From: a virus | Taxonomy: Duplodnaviria > Caudoviricetes | Strand: one strand, 5' to 3' | DNA length: 31,392 nt | IMG/VR virus record: IMGVR_UViG_3300012943_000050 | Location: 1-31,392 of that record | Part shown: piece after piece, positions 16,197-25,415 of the stretch | Numbering within the stretch: position 1 is the stretch's first letter | Layout: each line of letters starts with the position of its first letter | The notes under the pieces: model-generated | What the model saw: the letters and a program-made list of their open reading frames with translations, nothing else | Databases searched by the model: none | What the model was told of the DNA's origin: nothing | Program-made: the position numbers and the translations under genes

Positions 16197-16221
16197 GGGG
16201 GGTGCATTCCCCCCATTTTTT
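16197..16221 (+). terminator. Rho-independent terminator
   Basis: GGGGGG-TGCATT-CCCCCC followed by ATTTTTT. Confidence 0.7.
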
Positions 16222-16274
16222 CTATGGGGGCCCCGGCCATTAAATAGCTCTCACCTAACCTTTCTGAGGAAAAA

Positions 16275-16718
16275 ATGAAAACCCCACCCAAAAAGAAAGC
16301 GGAAGAGGAAAGAGGAAGCGAAAGCGAATTTTCCGCAGGAGAAAAAAATTCGGGGAAAAAATTCGAAAAAGAAATTTCGCAAAAGGGAATTGGGTTCTTG
16401 CCGTGTCAGCATGTCGGGTGTCTGGGGAAGGGTGAATTTGTTGGGATTATCTGCATTCCGCCGACGGGGTGGGCGAAGGACGAAAAGACGTGTTTGAAAA
16501 CCGAGGTGGGCTTGCCGCTGTGCGGGGAACATGTTAAGGAAATTATTATTGAAGATTTTCTAACGGAAGAAGTTAAAGAAGTATTTCTTATGCAATTGCA
16601 TTCAATGTATGGGCGAAAAATTATTTTACCGGACTGGAAACGGGCGTGGCTTGTTAGGGGTAATGCGGCGGATTTTCATTACCTTTTCAAGGAAATTGAA
16701 CCAGAAACGAGACAGTAA
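16275..16718 (+). CDS. Hypothetical protein with Cys/His residues (possible Zn binding)
   Basis: 147 aa. CQHVGC...LCGEH. TAATG-coupled to the next gene. Confidence 0.7.
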   Translation: MKTPPKKKAEEERGSESEFSAGEKNSGKKFEKEISQKGIGFLPCQHVGCLGKGEFVGIICIPPTGWAKDEKTCLKTEVGLPLCGEHVKEIIIEDFLTEEVKEVFLMQLHSMYGRKIILPDWKRAWLVRGNAADFHYLFKEIEPETRQ

Positions 16719-17359
16719 TGGGCGAAGAAATTTCCTTTCCGAGGGTGGTGATGCCTGACGCGATAACGCGGCAACGGGCGGGAAATCTTGCGGCCTATGG
16801 GTTTATTGATACCCAAATTGCAGATACTTTGTTGTTGAATATGGATCAGGTTGCTGCAGTTATGCAGACGCCGGAATTCCATGAGGCCAAATCAAAAGCG
16901 CTGGCAGAAAGAACGCAGCGACAAATTGATTTGGAAGAGGGATGGGATGCGGTTGAGGAAAAAGCTCTCGCGTCGATCTTGGAAACACTTCAATATAATC
17001 GTGATCCGCGGTTTGCCTTGGGGGCAGCGGCAATAGCCAATAAAGCCGTCCGCAGAACTCCTGGAGGGAATGGAAAGGTCATCAATGCAGCAAAAGCGGG
17101 GAATGTAATTGTTCTCCAAATGAATAACAAATTTGTGCAGAAAGTCCAACAGCAATCGGAAGACGGCGAAGTGGTGGATGTTTCACCCAGGCCGGTGACG
17201 CAAATTCCAAAAAAGCGTAGTGATGTGCCAACACCGAATGCAGTTTCGACTTTGCTTGGGATTGTAACTGCCAATAAGATGGCAGAAGAAGTTACTGTGG
17301 ATGCAACTGCGGAAGCGTTGAGGCTTGCGGGAATTGATTTCACGGGAGACCTTGAATGA
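16718..17359 (+). CDS. Putative terminase small subunit
   Basis: 213 aa, helical with an HTH-like N-terminus. ATGA-coupled to the large terminase. The assignment is by synteny. Confidence 0.55.
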   Translation: MGEEISFPRVVMPDAITRQRAGNLAAYGFIDTQIADTLLLNMDQVAAVMQTPEFHEAKSKALAERTQRQIDLEEGWDAVEEKALASILETLQYNRDPRFALGAAAIANKAVRRTPGGNGKVINAAKAGNVIVLQMNNKFVQKVQQQSEDGEVVDVSPRPVTQIPKKRSDVPTPNAVSTLLGIVTANKMAEEVTVDATAEALRLAGIDFTGDLE

Positions 17360-18903
17360 GTTTAGAGGCGTCGCAAGAAGAAAATTTGAATGCCGGGTTT
17401 GAGGAAATGGCTTTTCGTAAGCCTGCCGAAACCGTTGGCATTCAGATGGATGCGGGGCAAATCCTTTGGAATTTGAAACATTCTGGGCGGTTCTTCATTC
17501 AATTTTTCCTCGGCGAAGAACTTGAGTTTGATATTCCTGATTTTCATCTTGAGAGTTGGGAATTGTTAACGATGCCGGATATTTTGAACATTGCTTTGGC
17601 GTTGCCTCGCGGCCATGCGAAAACGACGTTGATGAAATTGGCGGTCGTTTGGCATTTCCTTTTCAGTCCATATCGTTTTGCGGTTTATCTTTCAAATACC
17701 CTTGCAATTGCTTCAGAAGCGTGTAAGGATATTATCAACTATTTGCAAAGTGATAATTTCGTATCCATGTTTGGTGCGGTGCTTTTTCAAACTGCGCAAG
17801 ACACAAGAGGATTTTACAAATTTAAATTGTACATTCCAGATGGGACTGGGAATTCAATAGAGAAATTCTGTATCCTTCGTGCATTGGGTGCCGGGCAGCA
17901 AGTTCGCGGTATGAACGTGGACAATACCCGTCCAGAACTTGCGTGCGTGGATGATCTTGAAGATGATGAAAACACAGCCACGGCGCTTTTGCAGCGAAAG
18001 ATTATATCGTGGTTTTATGGGCCGTTCATGAAGGCTCTCACCCGGCGGCGTCCGAAGATAATGTATGCTGGGAACATGCTTTCAAACAAATCAATTCTTT
18101 ATCATATTGTGGTGAAATCTGATCTTTGGCATAGTATTCGTTATGGATGTTTGAAGTCAGATGGCACGCCGCTTTGGGAAGACCTTTGGTCCAAGGATGC
18201 AATTCGAGCAGATTATCTGGAGTATCAGAAACTAGGACTTGTTGCTCGGTGGTTTGCCGAAATGATGAATATGCCCATGGCGGAAGGTGCCGGGCTTATT
18301 GAAGGAAGTCAAATACCATACGCGTCGCCGCTAGTGCCGGGTGAACAGGAAGCGGCATTTGTCACAGTTGATCCTGCAATTTCAAAAGAGGTGTGGGGCA
18401 ATGACACGGCAATTGCAGTTCATGCGTTGATGAATGGTGTGTGGCATATTACGGAATTTGTCACAGGGAAATACCAACCAGATCAGTTATTTCTGATGCT
18501 TGTGGAACTTTGCCATAAGTGGAATACGCGTGCGGTTGGTGTTGAAGCGGCTGGGTATCAGAAAGTTCTCAAATTTGTATTTGATGTTTTGGCCCAGATG
18601 TATAATCAGAGTTTTGAAACTCACCTTGTTCCGCATAAAAATAGAAGCAAGACCGAGCGGCTTGTTGCGTGGTGTTCACTGCTGCGCAAAGGTGTTTGGG
18701 TGCTGGAAGAAGGTGATTTTGCAATCACGGAGCAATTGCTTCAATATGATCCGTTGAAAACAAACAATGTGGATGATCTTATTGACGCGTGTGCTCAGGG
18801 ACCGACGATGGTGGAATTGTATTTGCCGTCTATCATGGAACGATACGAAGTTGATCCTGCCAGATTTGCAATATCTACGGGGTATTCGGTCTGTGCAAAC
18901 TAG
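17356..18903 (+). CDS. terL: Terminase large subunit
   Basis: 515 aa. Walker A LPRGHAKTT, VRG, Walker B LACVDDLED, nuclease acidic motifs TVDPA, GVE and DDLIDA. Confidence 0.95.
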   Translation: MSLEASQEENLNAGFEEMAFRKPAETVGIQMDAGQILWNLKHSGRFFIQFFLGEELEFDIPDFHLESWELLTMPDILNIALALPRGHAKTTLMKLAVVWHFLFSPYRFAVYLSNTLAIASEACKDIINYLQSDNFVSMFGAVLFQTAQDTRGFYKFKLYIPDGTGNSIEKFCILRALGAGQQVRGMNVDNTRPELACVDDLEDDENTATALLQRKIISWFYGPFMKALTRRRPKIMYAGNMLSNKSILYHIVVKSDLWHSIRYGCLKSDGTPLWEDLWSKDAIRADYLEYQKLGLVARWFAEMMNMPMAEGAGLIEGSQIPYASPLVPGEQEAAFVTVDPAISKEVWGNDTAIAVHALMNGVWHITEFVTGKYQPDQLFLMLVELCHKWNTRAVGVEAAGYQKVLKFVFDVLAQMYNQSFETHLVPHKNRSKTERLVAWCSLLRKGVWVLEEGDFAITEQLLQYDPLKTNNVDDLIDACAQGPTMVELYLPSIMERYEVDPARFAISTGYSVCAN

Positions 18904-18912
18904 GAGGTTGTC

Positions 18913-20946
18913 ATGGCTTATAAAGATTTGAAACCTGGACGTGGGCAAGAAGCGGGCAAGAACCAATATGCATTGCCGCAGAAAACCAAAGGCAGGCAAT
19001 TCACGGGTGGAAGTTCGGTTACAAAGCCGGCGACAATCACAGTAACTGATAAAGCGGCATTGCCGATCCTGGCAAATCCAGAAATGGAACAGAAACTTGT
19101 CAAGCATATTCTTGACAGGCTGCGGCTTTCAGATCAGGAACGTGCGTGGCGAACTCAGCGGATGGTTGATATTGATATTCAACTTTCCGGGTTTATCAGG
19201 CATGATCGTGATGATGCAAAACGTGATCGGGATAATAAGCGAGGTAAATCGCCGAAACCGACCAAGCATAATTTGCCGCTTGCTGATGCTCAGCTTGACG
19301 AGGCAAACACATATTTGCTTTCGGTTTTTGCCCCCGATATGGATATTTTCGAGGCGACTTCCAGGGCCGACAAACAAGCGGTGGCAAAAGGCTTGACGGA
19401 ATATATCAATCGGAATGGTCAGTCCGCGCAGTATTATCGCGAATTTTCCAAGATGCTGGGGAATGCTCTCAAGTATAACCTTGGCGGCATGTACTGTGCT
19501 TGGGAAAAACACATGGGGGTAACCTTTGCAAAAACTGCAGGGGGCCAGTTGAGTAAAAAGCCCGGTGTTGTGTGGGAAGGAAATGTGTTGAAATCGTTCG
19601 ACATGTATAACTTCCTTTATGATACTTCGGTGCATCCGGTTGACCTTCCAAAGAAGGGTGAATATTTCGCAGAGGTTTGTATAAAGACCCCGTTCCGTAT
19701 TAAGAAGATGGCGGATGACAAGCAATTGTTTGGTGTGGATCGGTTTGTCGGTGAAAACAGGCAAGTCCAAGCCCAACCAACGGCGCCTGGAAGTGGTGTG
19801 TCTTCTGATCAGATTTATTTCTACATGCAGCCACCGGAAGTTCGTGATGGAACGGCGCAACCGATTGGGGCCAGGACGAATTGGAAACAAACTCTTTCAG
19901 ATGGTGGACCGGCCAAGGACTCAGAACCGACACAGGAATTGGTCTATTTTACTGGGTGGCTTTGCCCCAATGATTTTGGACTTTCCAAAAGCAAGAACCT
20001 TGAAATTTGGCGTATAACACTGGCCAATGGTAAGTTTATTGCAAATGGGGTTCAATTGGAAGACAGCCACGGAATGCTGCCATGTGGAATGGCGTCACCG
20101 ATTGAGGATGATTTGAATAACGATCAGCGGACGTATGCGGAAAAGCTCTTGCCGTTGCAACATTTCGCGTCGTTTCTTCTCAACACCCATCAAGATGCCA
20201 CCAGAAAGTCAATCTATGGTATCACCGTTTTCAACGCCCATGCGTTTCCTGGGCTTGACAAATCGGAAGATGAATTAATTGGGGCCAAAATCCCGATGCG
20301 TTCATCGGCAAGTGAAATTGATATTGATAAAATCTTTCGGCATTACACGGATGTTCCCAATACCGATCAGAATGTGACCATGATTGGGAACATCGAACAA
20401 ATTATGCAGAAGATTTTGCCCACAAATCAGGCTCAGCAGGTGGCAGACCTTGAACGGGCGACCACATACCAAGCGGCAGCAACCGTTCAGGCAAGCAATC
20501 GCCGAAACTTGAAAATTGCGCGGATTATTTCCGATCAGGCATTGCAGCCGATCAAGTTTCAAATGACCTACAATATATATGCCAATGTTACGTCAATTGA
20601 ATACGTCGATGAAGCCGGGCAGGTGCAGACAATTTCGCCGTCCGATTTGATTGACGCGGATATTGAATTCGACGTTGGAACCGGTCTCAAGGGAATTGAT
20701 CGTTTGATCCAAATGCAGGTGATGAAGGAAATTCTCACCGCATGTCTGCAATCCCAACAGGCAATTCAAGAGCTTGATATTGTCGCGTTGCTGAATTACA
20801 TTGCTTCGATTGCGGGCGAACGCACTGATCTTGCACAATTCCGTCGGCAACAGCCGCTGCCTGCTCAGCCTCCCGCACCGGGAAATGCCCAAGTGCCCCC
20901 AGCGACAGGTGAAACAGGCGCCGGTAGCGCGCCAGCCGCGTCTTAA
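18913..20946 (+). CDS. Portal protein
   Basis: 677 aa directly after terL, strong AGGAGG. Size and helical pattern are typical of podovirus portals. Confidence 0.85.
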   Translation: MAYKDLKPGRGQEAGKNQYALPQKTKGRQFTGGSSVTKPATITVTDKAALPILANPEMEQKLVKHILDRLRLSDQERAWRTQRMVDIDIQLSGFIRHDRDDAKRDRDNKRGKSPKPTKHNLPLADAQLDEANTYLLSVFAPDMDIFEATSRADKQAVAKGLTEYINRNGQSAQYYREFSKMLGNALKYNLGGMYCAWEKHMGVTFAKTAGGQLSKKPGVVWEGNVLKSFDMYNFLYDTSVHPVDLPKKGEYFAEVCIKTPFRIKKMADDKQLFGVDRFVGENRQVQAQPTAPGSGVSSDQIYFYMQPPEVRDGTAQPIGARTNWKQTLSDGGPAKDSEPTQELVYFTGWLCPNDFGLSKSKNLEIWRITLANGKFIANGVQLEDSHGMLPCGMASPIEDDLNNDQRTYAEKLLPLQHFASFLLNTHQDATRKSIYGITVFNAHAFPGLDKSEDELIGAKIPMRSSASEIDIDKIFRHYTDVPNTDQNVTMIGNIEQIMQKILPTNQAQQVADLERATTYQAAATVQASNRRNLKIARIISDQALQPIKFQMTYNIYANVTSIEYVDEAGQVQTISPSDLIDADIEFDVGTGLKGIDRLIQMQVMKEILTACLQSQQAIQELDIVALLNYIASIAGERTDLAQFRRQQPLPAQPPAPGNAQVPPATGETGAGSAPAAS

Positions 20947-20966
20947 AACAGCAAGGAGAATTTCCA

Positions 20967-21257
20967 ATGTCTCTCGTCGCCCTTATCAATACCGAAATCC
21001 TGGAGCAATTTCAAGGTCCAGAGCAGGAAAACCTCAATGTCATTTGGGGTTCAAACTACATCCGAACCTTCGCTCAAATGCAGGCATCGAAAGCGTCTCA
21101 GGAACTGGCCCGGTTGGACCCGGAACAGTTTACGGGGGCGGATGCCGCAAACAAGTATTACCAGCACGCTAAAGATTTGCGACTTCTTTATCGTTTCTGG
21201 AATGACCTTCTGAGTTTCTCGGAAGACTGTGCGTCCAAAGTAGTCGCTTCATCGTAA
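20967..21257 (+). CDS. Small head morphogenesis region protein
   Basis: 96 aa helical, AAGGAG upstream, between portal and scaffold. Confidence 0.75.
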   Translation: MSLVALINTEILEQFQGPEQENLNVIWGSNYIRTFAQMQASKASQELARLDPEQFTGADAANKYYQHAKDLRLLYRFWNDLLSFSEDCASKVVASS

Positions 21258-21277
21258 ACAACTTAAGGAGAAGTATC

Positions 21278-22081
21278 ATGGGTATGTTCAAAAATTGGAT
21301 GGGTCAAAATGATGACCGGCCTGCGGGAAATTCCAATAACAATTCTGGGGGGAATAATCCGCAAAATAACGGCAATAACAATAACAATAACACAAACAAT
21401 AACAACAACAATAACACCGACAATAAGAATGACAGTATCGACGATTTGGTGCAGAACATATGGAGTGATGTGAAGGACGGAAATTCTGGTGGCGGAAATC
21501 AGCCGCAAAATCAGCAGCAACCGCAGAACCAGAACAATCCGAACAACAACAATAACAATGGGCCGCAGAAAACCCCGGAGGAGCAGATCGCGGACCATTT
21601 GAAGTCGGTGGGTCTGGAACCAATTCAATTGACGGAACAGGACAAAACCGCGTTGCAGAGTGGTGATTTTGGTGGTGTGATGGATCGCATCAATCAGAAA
21701 ATCACGGGGGCTTATATCGAAAGCATGAAGGCTTCGAACAAGCTCATCGAAAATGCGGTGACAAAGGCGGTCGATCAGGCCGTTAACAAGTCCAAGAATT
21801 TCGTCGAAGGAACCCAACTTCGGGAATTGTTGAACGAGAAATTGCCTTTCACAAAGGATGCTTCAATTGGTCCCGTTGCCGAAACAATCATGCAGCGGCT
21901 TCTCGGAAAAGGGGCAACAAAGGACCAAGCGTTGGATGGTGTGCAGAAATGGTTCGACCGCACATTCAAAACTGTGAACCCGGATTTTCAACCAAATCCG
22001 AATAGAAACGAGGGATTTCGGAGGACGCCACAAAGCACCTCCGAAGATACGGATTGGCTGAAAGCCCTACAGGGGAACTAA
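21278..22081 (+). CDS. Putative scaffolding protein with Asn/Gln-rich N-terminus
   Basis: 267 aa, located before the MCP. Low-complexity N-terminus followed by a helical domain. Confidence 0.7.
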   Translation: MGMFKNWMGQNDDRPAGNSNNNSGGNNPQNNGNNNNNNTNNNNNNNTDNKNDSIDDLVQNIWSDVKDGNSGGGNQPQNQQQPQNQNNPNNNNNNGPQKTPEEQIADHLKSVGLEPIQLTEQDKTALQSGDFGGVMDRINQKITGAYIESMKASNKLIENAVTKAVDQAVNKSKNFVEGTQLRELLNEKLPFTKDASIGPVAETIMQRLLGKGATKDQALDGVQKWFDRTFKTVNPDFQPNPNRNEGFRRTPQSTSEDTDWLKALQGN

Positions 22082-22109
22082 GCGATCCCGAATTTTTGGA
22101 GTAACGACA

Positions 22110-23279
22110 ATGGCAGTCAAAGGCGTGTTTTCTTCGGACTCCGGTATCATCGGCGATCCGAAAGGTGATTTTGCCGCAGGTTTGCTTGAAGCAGTTCCGA
22201 CGGGTTCGGCACCGCTTTTTGCACTCACCAGCGGTATGAAAAGCCGTCCGGCAACGGATACGGTGGTCAATTGGTTTGAAGAACAGCATCTTTCGGGCAG
22301 AACGCTCGTCAATGGTGCGGTGGCTTCAACTGTAACGACTTCCGTGACGGTCGACGACGGTTCAATCTATGTTCCGGGCGTCATCCTCATGTCGGAACTG
22401 ACTGGTGAATATTTCTATGTTACTGCGGTGGCCGGAAACGTCCTTACCGTTGTGCGTGGTTTTGCCGGTTCCACGGCAGTCAATATCGCGGACGATACCC
22501 CGCTTCAGAAAATCGCAAATGCGCAGGAAGAAGGTTCTTCGGCGCCGGTTGCGATGGTTAATTTGGGTTACCCGGTTTTCAACTATGTGCAGCTTTTCCG
22601 CAACACGTGGTCGGTTACCGGCACAGCCCAGGCGGTGGAATACTACACCGGTCCGCGGGTGGCGAAAAACAAGCGCGATGCAATGCTTTTTCATTCGGAA
22701 GACATTGAACGCGCGTTGTGGTTTGGCCGTCGTTCCGTCGGTATCAAAAATGGTCAGCCTTTCCGTACCATGAATGGTATCGACAGTTTCGTCACAACCA
22801 ATGTGGTGCCTGCCGGCGGTTCCACGACCTATGACGATATGGACGATTTTCTCCGGGACGTGTTCTCGAAGAATATCAAAGGCCTTCCGAATGAGCGTAT
22901 CGCGTTCTGTGGAAATCAGGCGCTTTCAGTCATCAACGGAATTGCCCGTCTGAATGGTCATCTGGACATCACCGTTGGACAGACGGATTTTGGTCTGAAT
23001 GTTCATCGGTGGATTTCGCCTTACGGCAACATTTCGCTGATGACCCATCCCCTGTTTGTGGAAAGTCCGCTTTGGACGAAGGACGTGCGTGTTCTTCATC
23101 CGGGTGCAATGACCACGCGCTGGCTGCGTCGTACTCATGAAGATGATTATGACAAGGACGGTTCGCGTGCGGGTGTTGATGCCGATTATGGTGTCATCAC
23201 TTCGGAACTTTCCATGGAATATGCTGTTGAAGCAACTGCGGGCCGTTTCACTGGTCTGACTGCGGCGGCGGCTGACTAA
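22110..23279 (+). CDS. Major capsid protein (SU10/DUF5309-like HK97 fold)
   Basis: 389 aa. NWFEE, NYVQLFR...VTGT, DIERALWFG, RTMNGI, SPYG, ITSELSMEY. Followed by a terminator. Confidence 0.9.
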   Translation: MAVKGVFSSDSGIIGDPKGDFAAGLLEAVPTGSAPLFALTSGMKSRPATDTVVNWFEEQHLSGRTLVNGAVASTVTTSVTVDDGSIYVPGVILMSELTGEYFYVTAVAGNVLTVVRGFAGSTAVNIADDTPLQKIANAQEEGSSAPVAMVNLGYPVFNYVQLFRNTWSVTGTAQAVEYYTGPRVAKNKRDAMLFHSEDIERALWFGRRSVGIKNGQPFRTMNGIDSFVTTNVVPAGGSTTYDDMDDFLRDVFSKNIKGLPNERIAFCGNQALSVINGIARLNGHLDITVGQTDFGLNVHRWISPYGNISLMTHPLFVESPLWTKDVRVLHPGAMTTRWLRRTHEDDYDKDGSRAGVDADYGVITSELSMEYAVEATAGRFTGLTAAAAD

Positions 23280-23297
23280 CTTCTTGGAGCCAAACTT

Positions 23298-23329
23298 GGT
23301 GGTGGGTGTTGACGCATCCACCATCTTTT
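23298..23329 (+). terminator. Rho-independent terminator after the MCP gene
   Basis: GGTGGTGGGTGT-TGAC-GCATCCACCATC followed by TTTT. Confidence 0.75.
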
Positions 23330-23355
23330 CTTGCGCCCAATGACAGGAGAAAGAA

Positions 23356-23979
23356 ATGAGCCTTATTGATGCAGCAAAGAAAGCGGTTGGTGGCAATACC
23401 AATTCGCAGCAGAATTCACAGCCTGTTCCGCAACCGAAAGCGGCGGAAAATGAAAAGCCGACGGGTGCCGATGGTTCCGCGGGGCCGGAAATGAATTCCA
23501 GCGCGAACGCCAATGCGCCGACAACGCGGCCAAATCCAGAAGTTGGCAAGCCGAAAACGGTGTCTTTCGCCACTCCGCATTCACCGGCGTATCGTGTGAA
23601 ACTTGGTGGGGTTTGGCACAAGGGACGTGGTCATGTCCTTGTCATTCCTGATGAGCATGTTCCGGAATTGGAAAAGCTTATCGCCAGCGGTCGTGCGGAC
23701 CTCGCGCAAAATATGCTTCGGATGAAATCGCCGGAAGAAGCTGAAGCGTGGTTCAAAAAGAAACTTGAAGAAACTGGCGGCGTTCGTCGTCATGCTCAGC
23801 AGGGGCCGACTTCTTCGTTGCAACCAAATCAGACGCCAACGGGTGCGCTTATCAAAGACCCCCACGCGCCGATCATGATTGAAACGGAAGAAGTTGAAGG
23901 TCAATCCGAGGCAAATGCCAATAAGAATTCCGGCAATGCCGATCATTTGAAGGCGGCTGCAAACCAGCAGACTTCTTAA
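23356..23979 (+). CDS. Hypothetical virion-region protein
   Basis: 207 aa, AGGAG upstream, disordered termini. Confidence 0.8.
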   Translation: MSLIDAAKKAVGGNTNSQQNSQPVPQPKAAENEKPTGADGSAGPEMNSSANANAPTTRPNPEVGKPKTVSFATPHSPAYRVKLGGVWHKGRGHVLVIPDEHVPELEKLIASGRADLAQNMLRMKSPEEAEAWFKKKLEETGGVRRHAQQGPTSSLQPNQTPTGALIKDPHAPIMIETEEVEGQSEANANKNSGNADHLKAAANQQTS

Positions 23980-24023
23980 CAGTCCTGCAGGGCGCACGGA
24001 CAGATAGCCGAGGGTGAGGCATT

Positions 24024-24785
24024 ATGGCGGCAAAACCTTTTCAAACTGCACAGAATGAGAGATCATTCTCCGGTTTGATTGATGATGTCGTTTTATCGAG
24101 CGGCAGAGCGCAAAACCTGCGTTCAATCGTTCAATACTCGAATTTAACTATTCGTGAATGTCAAGCCTTCGGTCTATTTGCGCGCGATCGAATTGAGGAA
24201 CAAGTAATGGCAACGGCAAGTCCTCATATCTGGAACCGTCCTGCGTATTTTAGATCGGTGGGGGCTGTGCGTTATGGCAATGGTGGTTATCCGCGACTGA
24301 AACTGCCTGGAAGACAACAGATCAATGTGCCAGAATATTTCTATGCGGCAGATGATTATTATGTTTTCAATGGGGTTTCGGCTGGAGAAACTATTTCGTT
24401 TTTGAATTACTATTGGGCCAAACCCCTGCTTTATCAAAAGGCTTTGGGGGTAAATGACGGGGCTTTTCCTGGCGCGCCCTATTCGGTTCGTTCGGCCTAT
24501 TTTGATATTCTTCAAGACAAGTGGCAATACCTAAATGCCGATGGCGATGGCTACGTTGATACCACCGGCGATGCCGATACGGATGCGGCGCGGCAAAAGA
24601 ACTCTTCGCATTGGTTCTTGGAGAATTGGTATGACATGATCGCGGATGGAACGAAGGCGAAAGTCTTTGCGCGGTTTGATGATACCGATAAGTCCAATCG
24701 AGCTTATGCGCAATACAAAGCAAGTCAAAATCTTCTGAGAAATACTCAGGGATTTGAAAGTGAAGCGAGTACATTTGATGGCTGA
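24024..24785 (+). CDS. Putative head-tail adaptor (tail tubular A-like)
   Basis: 253 aa. Position and helix-beta-helix layout. The assignment is by synteny. Confidence 0.6.
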   Translation: MAAKPFQTAQNERSFSGLIDDVVLSSGRAQNLRSIVQYSNLTIRECQAFGLFARDRIEEQVMATASPHIWNRPAYFRSVGAVRYGNGGYPRLKLPGRQQINVPEYFYAADDYYVFNGVSAGETISFLNYYWAKPLLYQKALGVNDGAFPGAPYSVRSAYFDILQDKWQYLNADGDGYVDTTGDADTDAARQKNSSHWFLENWYDMIADGTKAKVFARFDDTDKSNRAYAQYKASQNLLRNTQGFESEASTFDG

Positions 24786-24936
24786 TCTGACACCAGAGCA
24801 TATTGAATTGAGCGTGGCGGGCCAAATGCAAATTGATCCCCAGGTTCTTCGGTGGCTTTTGGCGAACATGTCGACTATCAAACAATTGTTCGAACAAATC
24901 AATTCCAGGCTGGATGAAATCGAAAGTGAACTCTGA
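24778..24936 (+). CDS. Small coiled-coil protein
   Basis: 52 aa, TGATG-coupled to the next gene. Confidence 0.55.
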   Translation: MADLTPEHIELSVAGQMQIDPQVLRWLLANMSTIKQLFEQINSRLDEIESEL

Positions 24937-25415
24937 TGCTAGTCGAAGGGCGTTTCATTCTCAATCCGCGTAGTGAAAAGCGGCAAGTCATTCGAAACCG
25001 GATTGTTTCGGAAGGTGGCTTGTTGTTCCTTCGTTCGCTCTTTCGTGGGGAGGATGTTCTTCCCGTCAGTTTCTATTTGGGCCTGACGAATTCTCCGTAT
25101 AATTCCGATACAGTTCTGGCGGATATTGAACCCGGTGAGCCTGTGGGGAATGGGTATGCGAGACAGGAATTGACGCGGGATGTTGACCATTGGACGGTCT
25201 CGGAAGTTAACGGGTTGCTGCGGGCTCAAAGTGAAATTGTCACATTCACGGCAAGCGCAGATTGGAACCATACTTGGAACCGGATGTTTCTCACTGACGT
25301 TCTGCAGGAAAATCCCGGCTCATTGTTTGCCTTGTCGGGGCCTACTGATGGTTCGCAAGTAACGCATACGGGGGATAATCCCGAAGTTCAATACGAATAC
25401 TGGCTGAGGCAATAA
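24936..25415 (+). CDS. Tail-associated protein (GYARQ-type beta-sandwich)
   Basis: 159 aa. FYLGL...EPVGNGYARQ...VTFTAS..W pattern seen in phage tail proteins. Confidence 0.6.
   Translation: MLVEGRFILNPRSEKRQVIRNRIVSEGGLLFLRSLFRGEDVLPVSFYLGLTNSPYNSDTVLADIEPGEPVGNGYARQELTRDVDHWTVSEVNGLLRAQSEIVTFTASADWNHTWNRMFLTDVLQENPGSLFALSGPTDGSQVTHTGDNPEVQYEYWLRQ

Noticed and set aside
12877-22081. Both the 377-aa protein and the scaffold end in LQGN
   Set aside because: The ends probably reflect the overlapping purine-rich sequence before the stop codon, or chance. Two instances are insufficient.
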